From: an uncultured Planctomycetota bacterium
GTDB lineage: Bacteria > Planctomycetota > Planctomycetia > Isosphaerales > Isosphaeraceae
DNA length: 64,000 bases
Reading direction: 5' to 3'
Assembly: GCA_963823665.1 (NCBI GenBank)
Contig: CAWGMQ010000006.1
Span: 1,120,001 to 1,184,000 of the forward strand
Below, piece by piece: positions 49,686 to 62,681 of the stretch (position 1 is the first letter of the stretch; each line of letters starts with the position of its first letter). A program made the position numbers and the translations under genes. The notes below the pieces were generated by a model. The model did not search any database. It saw nothing but the letters and a program-made list of their open reading frames with translations, and was not told the origin of the DNA.

Positions 49686-52600
49686 ATGGTGTCTCCCCGC
49701 CCGCGATGTTCCCGCCGGCACGGGCCGGCCAGCCGGTCTTGCCGCCCGACCATCGAGGCCCTGGAAGTCCGCCAACTCCTTTCGCTCCAGGCGGTCTCGC
49801 TGGCCGATTCCGCCCTCTTCGGCGCCAGCGCCGACGGCGGCTCCGACAGCCCCTCGATCAGCGCCGATGGTCAGCTCATCGCGTTCGAGAGCACAGCGGA
49901 CAACCTCGTTGACAGCGCCACGAGCGGGTTCAACGAGCAGGTGTACGTCGGCGACGCGACCGGCGGCCCGGCCCGGCTCGTCGAGCGCCACCGCCTCCGG
50001 CGCCGGGGGGAACGGCGATTCCACCGACCCGGTCATCAGCGCCGACGGCCAGTTCGTCGTCTTCTTGAGCGACGCGACCGACCTCGTCCCGGAGCAGGTC
50101 ACGGGAGGGACGCACCTGTACGAGACCAATCTCCAGACCGGGGCCACCACGCTGGTCGACGTCAACACCTCCGGGGCCGGAACGGCCGACAACGTCGATC
50201 AGCCGTCGGTCGCCGCCGACGGACTTCCTGTCTACAACACGTCGTCAGTTAGCAGCGACGGCCGTTATGTCGTCTTCACCGCCACGGCGAACGACCTGAC
50301 GTCCGCCCCGACCATTTCCAGCGGCACGATCACCAATGTCTACGTCCGCGACACGGTCGCGGGAACGACCATGCTCGTCAGCGTCGACGCCGCCGGCAGC
50401 GACGGCGGCAACGGCAATTCCGCCGATGCCAGCATCAGCGCTGACGGCTCCGAGGTCGTCTTCCAGAGCGACGCCTCGAACCTCGTCGCCACGGACACCA
50501 ACAACGCCACCGACGTGTTCGTCCGCAGCCTCACGACGGGCATGACGAGCCTGGTCAGCGCCAACATCTCGAACACCGATAGCGGCGACTTCGAGTCGTT
50601 CGGCCCGGTGCTCAGCGGCGACGGCAACCACGTCGTGTTCCTGAGTCACGCCGACGACCTCCAGTCGATCCACAAGCACAACGAGCTGGTTGACGTCTAT
50701 GAGCGCGACCTCACGACCGACGTGACGACGCTCATCAGCGTCAATGCGGCGGGCACCGACAGCATCCTCAGCAACGCCTCGCAGCCGGCCGTCAGTGACG
50801 ACGGCCGCTACGTCGCCTTTGTGGACAATTCGCCCCCGCAAGTCTACGTGCGCGACACGCAGGCGGGGACGACGGCGCTGGCCAGCGTCGACCTCGCGGG
50901 CACGGCCGGCGACAGCAACTCGAGCAGACCGGCGCTCAGCGCCGACGGGAGCGTCGTCGCCTTCCTGAGCGTCGCGGACGACCTGGTCTCGCTTCCGACC
51001 AACGGCCAGCAGAACCTCTTTGTCCGCAACCTGACGACCGGCGTGACCACTCTGGCCAGCATCGACGCTGCGGGCACGGCCGGCGGCGACAACCAAACCG
51101 AAGACAATCCCTACTCGGCGGACCCCGCCCCCTTCCTGGGCAGGCTTACCCCTGACGGCACCAAGGTCGCGTTCTCTAGCTCCGCCGACGATCTGGTGGC
51201 GAATGACAACAACGACCTGCCCGACGTATTTGTCCGCGACCTCGTCGCGAACGCGACCACGCTCGTTTCGACCCGCGACCCGAACCTGCCGGCGGCCTAC
51301 ACGTCACACGGGCCGACTTACGTTGGCGCGATCAGCGCCGTCGGCAACTCGGTCGCCATGAACGGCGGCGGGCCCGACCTGGCAGCGACCAGCGAGCCAG
51401 GGACCATCGACCCGTCAGTCAGCTACGCCGCCGTCAGCGACGTCCAGTCCGGCACCGTGACCGCCTTTCCCGTTTCGAGCGGCACCTCGCAAGCTGGCGG
51501 GGCCACGGCCCTGAGCGCCGACGGATCGGTGATGGCGTTCCAGGAGAATACAGATCGGAGGAATGAACGTCTACACGGCCGCCGCTCCGGGCGGCGCGCA
51601 CGGTGCTAGTCAGCGAGAACGCCGCAGGGACCGGTCCGGGAGACGCCGACTCGTTCAGCCCGGTGATCAGCGGCGACGGCAGCACGGTCGTTTTTTCGAG
51701 CGAGGCGACCGATCTTGTCCCCAATTTCGTCCGGGGCACGGCTACAGGCAACGGAGTCACCGGCACCGACCTGTTCGCGCGGAACCTCAATACGGGCGTG
51801 ACGACCCTGGTCAGCGTCAACGCCGCGGGCACGGCCGCCGGCAATGGCCTCTCGGGCAACGGCAGCTATGCCAACCTGGACTTGAGCAATTTGCACGGCA
51901 CCCCCGGGGGCTACAGTTACTCCGTCAGCGCCGATGGCCGTTACGTTGTCTTTTTCAGCGAAGCTACTGATCTGACCGCGATCGAGCCTAACGCCAACGG
52001 GGGCGGGATCTACGTCCGCGACCTCCAGGCCGGCACGACCCAGCTCGTCGACGTCGCCGCCGACGGCATGTCGGCCGCCAACGGGGCACCGTTTTTCAAC
52101 CCGGTGATCAGCGCCGACGGCGACTATGTCGTTTTCGAAAGCTCGGCGACCAACCTGGTTAGCGGCCTCAACCTGCCGGCGGACAACAGCTACACCTACG
52201 TTCGCGACCTCCAGACCGAAACGACGCGGCTGGTCAGCGTCGATTCTCTCGGCAACCCGTTCGGGTCGGACGGAGTTCCCTCGATCAGCGCCGACGGCCA
52301 GGTCATCACGTTCGCGAGTCTCTATAACGGAACCACGGAAGGGGCCATCAACGAGATCTACGCCTGGAGCGCGACCACCGGCACGGCGCAACTGGTCAGC
52401 GTCAACGCCGCCGGCGATGCGGCCGACTCGCCGAGCAACTCGTACCACACGAACGTTGAGGTCGACTCGGTCGTCAGCGCCGACGGCCGCTACGTCGCCT
52501 TTGTGAGCACGGCCGACAACCTCGCCCCGGGTACGTTCGACGGCTCCGAGAACCTGTACATCCGTGACCTCCAGGCCGGCACCACGACCCTCATCAGCGC

Positions 52601-55600
52601 CAATCTGTCCGGCACCGGCGGCGGCACCGTCTTGCCGCAAAACCGCCAAAACGACCTCAATCCGGGTGTGAACAACTTCGCCATCAACGCCGACGGGAGC
52701 GTCGTCGCCTTTTCCAGCGACCAGTACGACCTCGTCGAGGGAGAGGAATACCCGACCTCCAACGTGTTCGTCTACACTCAGGGCGTCACGCCTCCGACCA
52801 CGGGCGCGATCGACGGACAGGTGTTCGACGACTTGAATGGCAACGGAACGATCGACCCCGGCGAGAACGGCCTGGCCGGTTGGACCGTATACCTCGACAT
52901 CGGCGGCGCCGGCCACTTCGTCCAGGGCGACCCGACCGCCACAACCGACAGCAACGGCGACTACGCGTTCACCAACCTGGCCCCTGGCACGTACACTGTC
53001 GCCGAAGTCGTCCAGCCCGGCTATAGCCAGACCGCGCCTGCCGCGCCGGGGACGCAGACCGTGACCGTCACGTCCGGCCAGACGACCACCGGCCCGAGCT
53101 TCGGCGACATGGCCCTCCCCGTCGATCTCGCCGTGCAGTCGATCACCGTGCCGGCCTCCGCCTCGCCGGGGATGACCGCCGGCTCGGTCTCTTACACGGT
53201 GACGAACAAGGGCGGCGGCGCGGCCGCCGGCGACTGGGAAGACGCGGTCTACATCGCGACCGGAACGACGATCGACGCCTCGTCCACGCTTCTGGCCGTC
53301 GAGCCCCACACCGGCGGCCTGGCGCCCGGCGCGACCTACACAGTGCAGCTCACCGGCGTCAACCTGCCGCTGCTCCCGGCGGGAAGTTACCACGTCCTCG
53401 TGCAGGTGGACCCCCGCGATCAAGTCCCTGAGCCCGCGGCAGTCAAGGGCGACGAAGTCGGTTCGTCCGCCCATACGATCGCCCTGACAATCCCGACTCT
53501 CTCGGTCGGCGGCCCGGCCGACGGGGCTTTCACCGCCGCGGGCCAAGACGACTATTATCAGATCAACGTCTCCGCGGGCGAGAACCTCCTGCTGACCCTG
53601 GCCAGCCAGGCGCCGTCGGGCACAGTTTCGATCTCGGAACGGTTCGGTGCTTTGCCGGCTCCCGGCTCGACCGACCTAACCACCGCCGGCACGCCGGGAC
53701 CGAACCAGACGCTCGCTGTCTCGCCGACGCAGGCGGGGACGTACTACATCGACGTCCACAGCGAGGCCGGCGCCGCCGCGTCGGCGGGGTACACGCTCAC
53801 GGCGACCACGCCGGGTCTGACCCTGCTGGGCGCGTCGCCAGGGACGATCGGCGACTCGGGGACGGCGACCCTGGCCGTCAGTGGCGTGGCGATTGGCCCG
53901 GGGACGACGTTCACGCTGACCGGGCCGGGAGGGCACGTCGCGGCGTCAGTAGTCGACCGCGTAAACGGGTCGCTCGCCTATGTGACCTTCCCGGTGAGCG
54001 GCCTGGCCCAGGGCGCTTACACGCTGACCGCGACGACCCCCGGCGGCGGGTCCGTAAACCTGGCCGCCAAATTGAACGTCGTGCCGGCCGCCCCGGGCGG
54101 GCTCGTCGTCAAGGTCGCCGGCCCTTCCGCGGCGCGAACGGGACGCACCTACGCATTCATCGTAACCTACACGAACACGGGGAATACCGACCTGCCGGCC
54201 CCCATGTTTGCGATCGATAGTCCCACCGATACGCTCTTGGGCCTGTCGCCCGGCGCATTGGACGACATGCCGCTTCAGGTGCTCGGGGCCGCACCCGACG
54301 GCCCGGCCGGCGTGCTCCGCCCGGGACAGCAGGGGCAAGTCTCCATTTTCTTCCAGCCCGGGACCGTCAACCCCCAGTTCGAGGTCTTCGCGAGCACCAC
54401 GAGCGACACGGGCCCGGTCGACTACGCAACGCTCGGCCCGCTGATTCGACCGGCCGGTCTGACCGACGCCCAGTGGGCCGCCGAGTTCGACGAGTTCCAG
54501 ACGCTCGTCGGTCCGACCTCGGGCGACTTCGTGCGCATGCTCGACCAGAATGCTACGCTCATGCCGAGCGCATTCGGCAGCAGCACGGACGTTAACGCCC
54601 TCGAAGTGTTCGAAGTCGCACGCGCCCAAGCCGCGCTCGGCAATTCGATCGCCGGCACCCTCACGACGTCGGACCCGGGAGTCACCCTCGCGGGCCGTTC
54701 TGTCTTCGCCACCAACGAGGCCACGGGCGATCTCTTCACCGCCACGAGCGCGAATGACGGCTCGTTCTTCATCACCGACATCGCGCCGGGGGTGTACACG
54801 TTCTCGTCGAACGGTGCGATCGTGAACGGGTCGCCGACCGCAACCGTGGCCGCCGGGCAGACCGTGACCGGGGTCACGGTCGACCTGACTCTGGGCGGGG
54901 AGATCGTGGGCGAGGTCACCGCGTCGGCCACGGGCGTGCCGGCCGCCTCGCCGAGCGTCAGGGCCATCGCGGCTGATGGGACGGTTTACTCCGTGAGTGG
55001 CGGGCCCGACGGCCTTTACCAGTTGACCGGTTTGCCGCCGGGAACCTACACGGTCTACGCGTTGGCCGCCGGGCTCGCCCTCGAATCGGCCGGCGGAGTC
55101 GTTGTGAACGGCAACACGGTCGACCAGAACCTGAGCCTGCCGGTGCAGTCCGTGATCACCGGGTCGGTCGTCCCGGCGACCGGCGGCCCGACCGGCGGTC
55201 TTCTCGTGGTGAGTGCCGCTCAGAACGGCTCGACCACGCCGGGCCAGGATTTCGGAACCACCTCTGACGGCAACACGTTCACGGTCTCGAACCTCGATCC
55301 GGGGACGTACGACCTGACCATCATCCTCGACGGCTACGTGGTCCAAACCCTGACCGGCGTCGTGGTGGCCGCGGGTGCCAGCGCCGACGCCGGCTCGGTG
55401 CCCCTGGCCCTGGCCGCGACGGTCAGCGGCACGCTCACCTCGTCCGACCCAAGCACCCCGGCCGCATACGCGATGCTCGGCCTCTTCCAGGCCGGCACCG
55501 CGGTGGTCGCCACTCAGGCCGATGCCTCTGGCCAGTTCCAGTTCGTGGGCGTCCCCGCGGGGACGTACACCTTCGGCCTCTTCTCGGGCACCGATGTCGT

Positions 55601-57461
55601 GACCGCCGCGCCGGTCACGGTCGCCGGCGGCAACGCCCTGACCGGCGTCGCGGTGTCGATCGCCGCAGCCCCGAGCTCAGGGGCCGGGGAGACCCTTGGC
55701 CCGGATACCCTTCCCGCCTCCGAACTCACCGAAGAACAGATCCACCTGCAATTGGACCCGGCCAAGAACCTGCTCGATACCTTGCAACAGAGCCAAAAGG
55801 CGTTGGCGACTCCCCAGAGCTGTCCGGACTGCCAGTTCTACGCCGACTACCTCAAGCAAATCCTCACGGCCGAAATCCCCGATGTTTCGATGCAGGTGCA
55901 AGACCTCGATGACGCGCTCAGCGCGATGAATCAGATCTCACCCGACGGTGTGGCGGCACCCGACCTTCAGAAGGCAGCCGAAGATTTTGCCGAAGCCAAG
56001 AATGATGCAAACCTGTACTTCAGTCTTGAACCCGCCAGGTCGGAGGTCCAGAACGAGCTGACCGCGTGTCAAAACAAGTGCAACAGCATGTCCAAGCCGT
56101 CGAACCCGCTGGCCCCGCTGGCCCCGCTCCTGCCGCTTCTGCCCTACGCGGTGCTCGCGTATTTCGGCTTCGACCCCAACGAGATGACCGGCCCCGGCTT
56201 CGGCCCGGCCGGGTTCGTGCCCGCCGACGAGGTGCTGCCTTACCAGGTCGGGTTCGAGAACGACCCCACGAAAGCCACCGCCCCGGCGCAGGACGTCACG
56301 ATCACCGACGCGCTGGGCCCCAGCCTCGACTGGACGACCTTCGCGCTTGGCGACATCACGTTCGGCGCCAACGTCATTGCCGTGCCGGCCGGGTTGCAGT
56401 CGTATTCCACGAGCGTCGACACCACCAACACCGACGGCACCCCGCTGCGCGTCGACGTCAGCGCCGGTCTGAACCTTGCCACCGGCGTCGTCACCTGGAC
56501 GTTCAGCTCGGTCGATCCGGCCACCGGCCAGTTGCCCTCGGGCGTGCAAGACGGCTTCCTTCCCGTCGAGGACGGGACCGGCCGAGGCATCGGCTCGGTG
56601 GACTTCACCATCCTGCCGAAGACCGGCCTGGCCACCGGCGCGAAGTTCAGCAACACGGCCACGGTCGTCTTCGATACCAATGCCCCGCTCAACACCAACA
56701 CCGTCGCCAACACCATCGACGCCGGCGCCCCCACCAGCACCGTAAGCCCGCTGCCAGCCACTTCCGCGCCGCAGTTCACGGTGACCTGGGCGGGGTCCGA
56801 CGACGCGGGCGGCTCGGGCATCGCCTCGTACAGCGTCTTTGTCTCGACCGACGGCGGCCCGTTCACTCCGTTCATCGAGGGAACTACATCGACTTCGGCC
56901 CCCTTCACCGGCGCGGTCGGCCACTCGTACTCCTTCTATGCCGTGGCGACCGACAACGTCGGCAACGTCCAGCCGACCCCGACGGCCGCGCAGGCGACGA
57001 CCACCGTCGCCGCCCCACTGCCGTCACCGGTAACGGTGCAGAGCGTCCTTCGGGAGACTGTCCGTCTGAAAAAGCACAAGCCGCCGGTCAAGGTCCTGGT
57101 CGTCTCCTTCAGCGGCGCACTCAATGCGGCCTTCGCGCAGAATCGGCTCGCCTATCAACTGGTCATTCCCGCGAAGCAAAAGAAGTCGGCTCACGGCCGC
57201 GTTCCCCCCGGGAAAAAGGTGGTTCTTGCCTCGGCGGTCTACAGCGCGATCGCCCACACGGTGACACTGACCCCGAAGGCGAAGCTTCCCACCGGTACGC
57301 TCCAATTGACCATCATCGCCTCGGCCGTTTTCGACATCGACGGCAGGCAGATCGACGGTGATCACAATGGCCAGCCCGGCGGAAACTTCGTGGCGACCAT
57401 CCGAGGCGCGGGCGTTGTCTTCGCCAACGTCAGCCTCGTTGACGGGCTCGATCACCTCTGA
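49686..57461 (+). CDS. Giant secreted repeat protein: planctomycete-type leader, TolB-like propellers, SdrD-B-like, CARDB-like, carboxypeptidase-regulatory-like and DPNE-type domains (frameshifted)
   Basis: 'RPTIEALEVRQLLS' leader; many 'ISADG..V.F.S.A.NLV' repeats; 'GQVFDDLNGNG..DPGE.GLAGWTVYLD'; 'FDPNE...YQVGFEND..ATAPAQ'. ORFs 49686, 49867 and 51603 join via breaks near 49975 and 51550-51605. Confidence 0.88.
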
Positions 57462-57543
57462 GCGCGAAACGCGACGCGTCTGCTTGCCCGTTTCTTCCGA
57501 CTTCGCGCGCCAGGCCGGCGATCGACACCCGGATCGCGGGGCG

Positions 57544-58542
57544 TTACGAGCGTACAATGAGCATTTGCCGAACGGCCGTTAGCACTCTCTCGACGCACTC
57601 GGCCATCGGCGCGTTGATCGTGGCTCCCGCTGCCTCCTTGTGGCCGCCGCCGCCGAACTGGGAGGCCAGCGCTGCACAGTCGACGCCGCTGCGCGTGCGG
57701 ATCGAAACCTTGGCACCGCCGCGCAGTTGCTCGATGAACAAGAGGCCCAGCTCGACGCCCCGCAGGCTGACGGTGAAATCGACCAGGTCTTCCGAGTCCT
57801 GCGGAATCGCGCCGCTGCGCAACAGGTCTTCCTTGGTGATGGTTGCATACGCAACGCGGCCGTCGAGATCGGTTTTCAAGCCCCGCAGCGTCTCGCCGAT
57901 CAGCTTCAGACGGGCGAGTGTGTTCTGCTCGAACAGGTTGCGATAGATCTGGTTGATCGGGGCTCCGGCATCGATCAGCTCGGCGACCGGCCCGCAGCGT
58001 TCCTGCACGGGTGTTGGAATGATGGAACCAGCCGGTGTCCATCGCGATGGCGGTGAAGAGCCCCTGGGAGATCTCCGGCGTGAGCTGACCGCCCAAGGCC
58101 GGAAACGATCTTCATCACCAGGATGCCGGTCGCTTCGGCCGTCGGAGTCTTTGAAGACCGTCGCGCCCAGGTCATCCTGGCTGACGTGATGGTCGATGAC
58201 GACTTTGGGCCCGGGAAATCGCCGGATGAACTCAGCCATGTCGCCAAGCTGATTCCAGCTCGAAAGGTCGAGGATGATCGCGACTTCGCGATCGGCGAGC
58301 TGCGCGGGCTTGACGCCGGTGCCGAACCACTCGAAGAGTTTCCGTTCGGGGTCGAGAAAATCGTAGCGCGGAGGCATCGGACTCGAGTTGACCACGCGCA
58401 CGTCTTTCCCCTTCTGCCGCAGCAGACCGGCCATGCCGACCTCGGAGCCGAGCGCATCACCGTCGGGCCGGACGTGGGTCGTCACCAGGAAACGATCGTG
58501 GGTTTCAATCAAGTCTCGGAGCGGGGACCAATCAATTGTCAT
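57544..58542 (-). CDS. nrnA: DHH/DHHA1 phosphoesterase, NrnA-like (two compensating frameshifts at about 58140 and 58000)
   Basis: 'THVRPDGDALGS', 'VIDHH', 'AIAMDTGWF' (alternate frame), 'FGGGGHKEAAG'. Confidence 0.88.
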   Translation of the reverse strand: MTIDWSPLRDLIETHDRFLVTTHVRPDGDALGSEVGMAGLLRQKGKDVRVVNSSPMPPRYDFLDPERKLFEWFGTGVKPAQLADREVAIILDLSSWNQLGDMAEFIRRFPGPKVVIDHHVSQDDLGATVFKDSDGRSDRHPGDEDRFRPWAVSSRRRSPRGSSPPSRWTPAGSIIPTPVQERCGPVAELIDAGAPINQIYRNLFEQNTLARLKLIGETLRGLKTDLDGRVAYATITKEDLLRSGAIPQDSEDLVDFTVSLRGVELGLLFIEQLRGGAKVSIRTRSGVDCAALASQFGGGGHKEAAGATINAPMAECVERVLTAVRQMLIVRS

Positions 58543-58623
58543 CTGCGGTTCGCCTCGCTGTGAATGTGCGCACTCGCGGATTCCAGCGTACTGAGTCGGC
58601 ACCGAGGCTGGCAACTTGGGCCG

Positions 58624-59610
58624 TCAAGTGACGTACGAGTCGACGCGGAAACGGTCGATGTGGCTGCGCATCCATTCGATCGTTTCGATCGAGGCCGGCT
58701 TCGAGTGAATAACGCGGGTTCCAGCCCCAGAGGCTGCGGGCCAGCTCGGTCCCGGCGAGCAGCCGCTCGACTTCGCTCTTCGCCGGCCGATGCCGCACTT
58801 GCTCGGAACGCACCGTGATCGTGCGTCCCATCCGCTGCCCGATCAGCTCAACCAGCTCGCCGATCGAGAGATCCTCGCCGCGTCCGATGTTCACGACCCG
58901 GCCAACAGCTTCTTCGCATCCGGCGATCGCGATGAAGCCAGCAACGGTGTCCTTGACGAAAGTCAGGTCGCGGCGCGGGTCGAGGCGGCCGAGACTCACC
59001 TCGGGCCGAGTGAGGGCCTGGCTGATGATCGTCGGGATGATCGCGCGGGCCGATTGCCGGGGCCCGAACGTGTTGAACGGCCGGAGAATCGCCACGGGCA
59101 GGCCGAACGCGCGATGATAGCTTTCGCCAAGAGCGTCTGCCGCGATCTTGGTCGCCGCATAGGGTGATTGGCCCTGCAACGGATGAGCTCTCGTCGATGG
59201 GAACGCGCTGCGCTGTGCCGTAGACTTCGGATGTCGAGGTGAGGATCACACGCTCAAGGCAGTCACTTACGCGGCACGCGTCGAGCACGTGGGCGGTGCC
59301 GAGGACATTTGTCTGAACGACGTCGTACGGGTTCTGATACGAATAAGGGATTGCGATCAGCGCCCCCAGGTGGAACACCCAATCGCAGCCGTCGATCGCC
59401 TTGCGCACGGCGCCTGGGTCTTTCAAGTCACCGCGATCGACCTCGACGGCCGACTGGATCTCAGCCCGGCAGGTCAGCCAGGCTGCCCCGGTCGTCACGG
59501 CCGTTATAGCGCACCAGCGCACGGACGGTATGGCCCTGCTGGACAAGCTCTTCGGTCAGGTGGCTTCCGATGAACCCCCCTGCCCCGGTGACGAGGACCT
59601 TCTTGGTCAT
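58624..59610 (-). CDS. NAD-dependent nucleotide-sugar 4,6-dehydratase (extended SDR, LegB-like), several frameshifts
   Basis: 'KKVLVTGAGGFIGSHL', 'FHLGALIAIPYSY', 'TSTSEVYGTA', 'QSPYAATK', 'RPFNTFGPRQSARA'. Confidence 0.92.
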
Positions 59611-59809
59611 GGAAATCCCTTCCCAACTGCTCGAACGAATGCACCGGCGCTCTTGGGACGCGTTGCCGCGATCGGACGCAGTTTTGGCTGCGTGGCTGCA
59701 GGACGAGCGTTCGCTCGTCCCTCCAATCTCTTGTTGCCGGCCCGATCGTACGAATTAACACGCGGTTCGGCTACGCCGAATCAGTCCGGATCCCGCGCGC
59801 CGTCCGGCC

Positions 59810-60049
59810 TCATTCGCTGATGTCGGTTTCCGGCGCCAGGCATTCGATGACGTCCTCCGTGAACTGCCCGTCCGTATATCCACGGCGCACGGGCTCGGGG
59901 ACCAGCTTGAAGGTTGGCAGGGTGGGGTGAGCCAGCATCGAGAACATAGGTGAAAGTGCCGCCAGAGCCACCGCCGTCAGGCAGAGTGGGAAGATGCTCA
60001 ACTCATGCCTGGGTTTCACTGTCGCATGCGAGATTGCATGTATCCCCAT
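59810..60049 (-). CDS. Small hypothetical protein (79 aa)
   Basis: GAGGG before the ATG; GC-rich third positions; 'LSIFPLCLTAVALAALSPMF...LVPEPVRRGYT'. Confidence 0.6.
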   Translation of the reverse strand: MGIHAISHATVKPRHELSIFPLCLTAVALAALSPMFSMLAHPTLPTFKLVPEPVRRGYTDGQFTEDVIECLAPETDISE

Positions 60050-60495
60050 CGTACAACCCTCGCTCGCTGAGAACCTGGATCCGCCGAATGCGTGGCGAAC
60101 GCCGTGCCTGCTGTCGCTACGACCCGTTTCGGCCATTCTTGGCCCCATGCTCCGCCACATCATCGGAGGCGGCGGTGCGCACATCAGTTACTTAATCTCT
60201 ACGATGGAATTGCCGATTAATCGCGCTCCACACCCAAAAAAAGCACAATTGTCGCGGTTCGGACCGGAATGTTGTCTTTCCGCAACGGAATCCGCGGTTC
60301 TGGTTCGCTTCATCGAGAAAGCGCGGACGCAGAGTCAAGCCCGCCCGATTCACCGGAATAGATCGCTCTGTTTAGTTCGCTTTCTCTGTCTTCCTAAAGA
60401 CCTTAATTTCCTGAGTCGATACTGTTTACCAGGAGGTGTCAGCTTAACACACACAGAGATTCGCAGCGCGATGAGCCGGACTACGACAAAGAACT

Positions 60496-61709
60496 ATGAA
60501 AACAGCACGGCGTGGAGAATTTTCAATGATGTTGCGAGTGGTCCTGGTCGGGGTGGTCGCTGCGCTGGGGGTATCAATCCCTAGCCAGCCGAGCTGCGAG
60601 CACTGGTACGACTCGGCGCAGGCGTGGGCGACGTCCCTTCTGGCGGAGTGGGACACATGGGTGGCGATCGACGCGGCGGAACCGCGTCTGCCGGGGGCAG
60701 CGAATCACATGGGTTGCGAGGAGTGCCGGCTCGCGCGCATGCGGCTGGTCGCAAAGGCCAATGAGAACTTGAGCAAAGACGCCGCGCTGGTCGACCGGGA
60801 AAGTCCGAAGATCGGCACGGAGAAAAGGTCTGTTGAGAGCGATTCGAAGGTCGCGGCTTCACAGCCGAAGACGATCGCTGCACTGCCCTTCGAGCCGACA
60901 CAGACTGCCGCGGCTTTCGGCCCGATCGCCGCGCTGGCACTGCACGCAATGCCGGACCGTGGTCAAGAGAATAGTCCGATTTCTTCGGGAGGCGAGGCGT
61001 CAGTCGCCGGGCCGGAGCTGTCCGAGCCCGCTGACGCCGCGGAGCTGGTGATCTGGAGTGATTTTTGCCGGCTCGGAAATGAAGCGATCGCGATTGCAGC
61101 GGAGTCCGACGAATCTCCGGAAGACGGATTGGACATGCCGATCACCGAAGAGTCATTCACTTGCGGTTTCGGCGCCTTCGAGCCGCCGCTTCTGAGTGCG
61201 GCGATGGTTCGCCGGAGGCCCGCAGGCGGCGCGAGAGCGTGATCGCACGAGCCGTCGACCACGATGCGGCCGACGGCATGCTCATGTCTTGTCTCGACGA
61301 AGCACTGGAGTCGAATGAAGATGTCGACGTCGTGACGAGCGAGCCAACCGTCGATCCATTCCTTGCCGACCTTCCGGCGGATGTCTTTGTTCCAGAACAG
61401 GTTGCGGTCATCACACCCGCCCCGGTGCCTCCTTCAAACACGACCCAAGAGGCTGCCGTGGCCATTGCAGTTGCGGGTCCGGTGAGACCGGCAGGGGCGT
61501 CGTTCCTGGACGATCTTCCCAGTGATGTCTTCGTGCCGATGCCGCCATCGCCCGATCAGGAACCCGCTGCCAAGGACCGGCCGCTCGCCGGCGTGGGGCC
61601 TCCGCCTGCCAGGTTGGGTGACGCAGTGGAGCTTACCCGGAGGGCCGTCTCGGCATGGGTAAGCGTCTTGATCGGCCCCGCGCTTGTGCAGGAGGGATCG
61701 CGACGTTGA
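60496..61709 (+). CDS. Hypothetical acidic, low-complexity secreted protein (frameshift near 61200-61240)
   Basis: Signal-like 'MLRVVLVGVVAALG'; repeated 'DLP.DVFVP'; C-terminal 'AVELTRRAVSAWVSVLIGPA'. Confidence 0.68.
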
Positions 61710-61787
61710 GCGCCCTCGAGACTCGCGCACTGTCGGGATTGACGGGAACGGCCCACCACGTGACCGTGCCGTGGGCTGTTCCGGTTC

Positions 61788-62215
61788 TCAGGCGTCGACG
61801 GTCGATTCCTGGAGCAGGATTGGTTCGTCGAAATCACTTTCGGACAAGGCGGGGTCGGGCTCGAACAGAACGCGGCGATAGCCCAGATCGACGAGCACCC
61901 TGAGAACTTCCCGGTACGTCGGGAAGTTCTTGCCCGACCTCTCCTTGAATCTTTGCATCGCGTTCATGAATTCCATTTCGTCATCGGTGTACTGCTTGTC
62001 GAACGTGGTTGGGTCGATGCGCCGGCGGCGATCTTTCTTGCGCGCCGTTCCGCGGGAGCCGGCTGGGCGGGCGGTGTTTCGCGAGGGCCGTTTGCGGCGT
62101 CTTTGTCTCGGCGATCGCGTCCCGTCCGTCGTTCGTGGAAGAGCGTATCGAACGGGTAAGCAGAAAAATCGAATTCGGGACGGTCCGGATTCGTCTTCTT
62201 ATTGTTCTCTCTCAT
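61788..62215 (-). CDS. Hypothetical protein with ERR/DRR motifs (frameshift near 62040)
   Basis: 'ERRTGRDRR...[31 protein letters not shown].....[14 protein letters not shown]'. Confidence 0.75.
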
Positions 62216-62681
62216 TGCTTTGACCGGGTCGCTGGAACAGTCCGGGCGGCCGCGTTCGAGAAACTCGTTTCACCGGCTCGGATTACAGAATTGATAGGAC
62301 GCTTTTGCGGTGCTGTCAAACGGGCCGCGTCGTCGGAAGACGATGCGTCTGGCGGTGTTGGATTCTTGCATCCGAAGCTGTTCCGGCCTTGCTCGAGGGA
62401 GGGTGAGCGCGTCGGTTCCTGATCGAGGCGTGCATCGTGAATCCGCGAGTGACCGGTTTGGCCGAGGGAAAACCTTGTGGCATAATGAGGGGGTAGAGTG
62501 AACGAGCCCCGATGCCGCGCGGCTGCGCGCGCGCTATTCGCGCCGATTTGAATTGGACAGCTCGGGAAGGCAAGGGCTTGTGGAGCAGTGCTGGTTTGAT
62601 GTAGCTTGAACTGGAGATAGGTCGAGCGCCGCAGCCGGTTTTCCGTGCCGGCCAACTCTTTCTGCTGGGGGACCATCGAAC

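Noticed and set aside
51606..56924. Long minus-strand ORFs (646, 466, 328 aa)
   Set aside because: Antisense shadows of the giant secreted protein.
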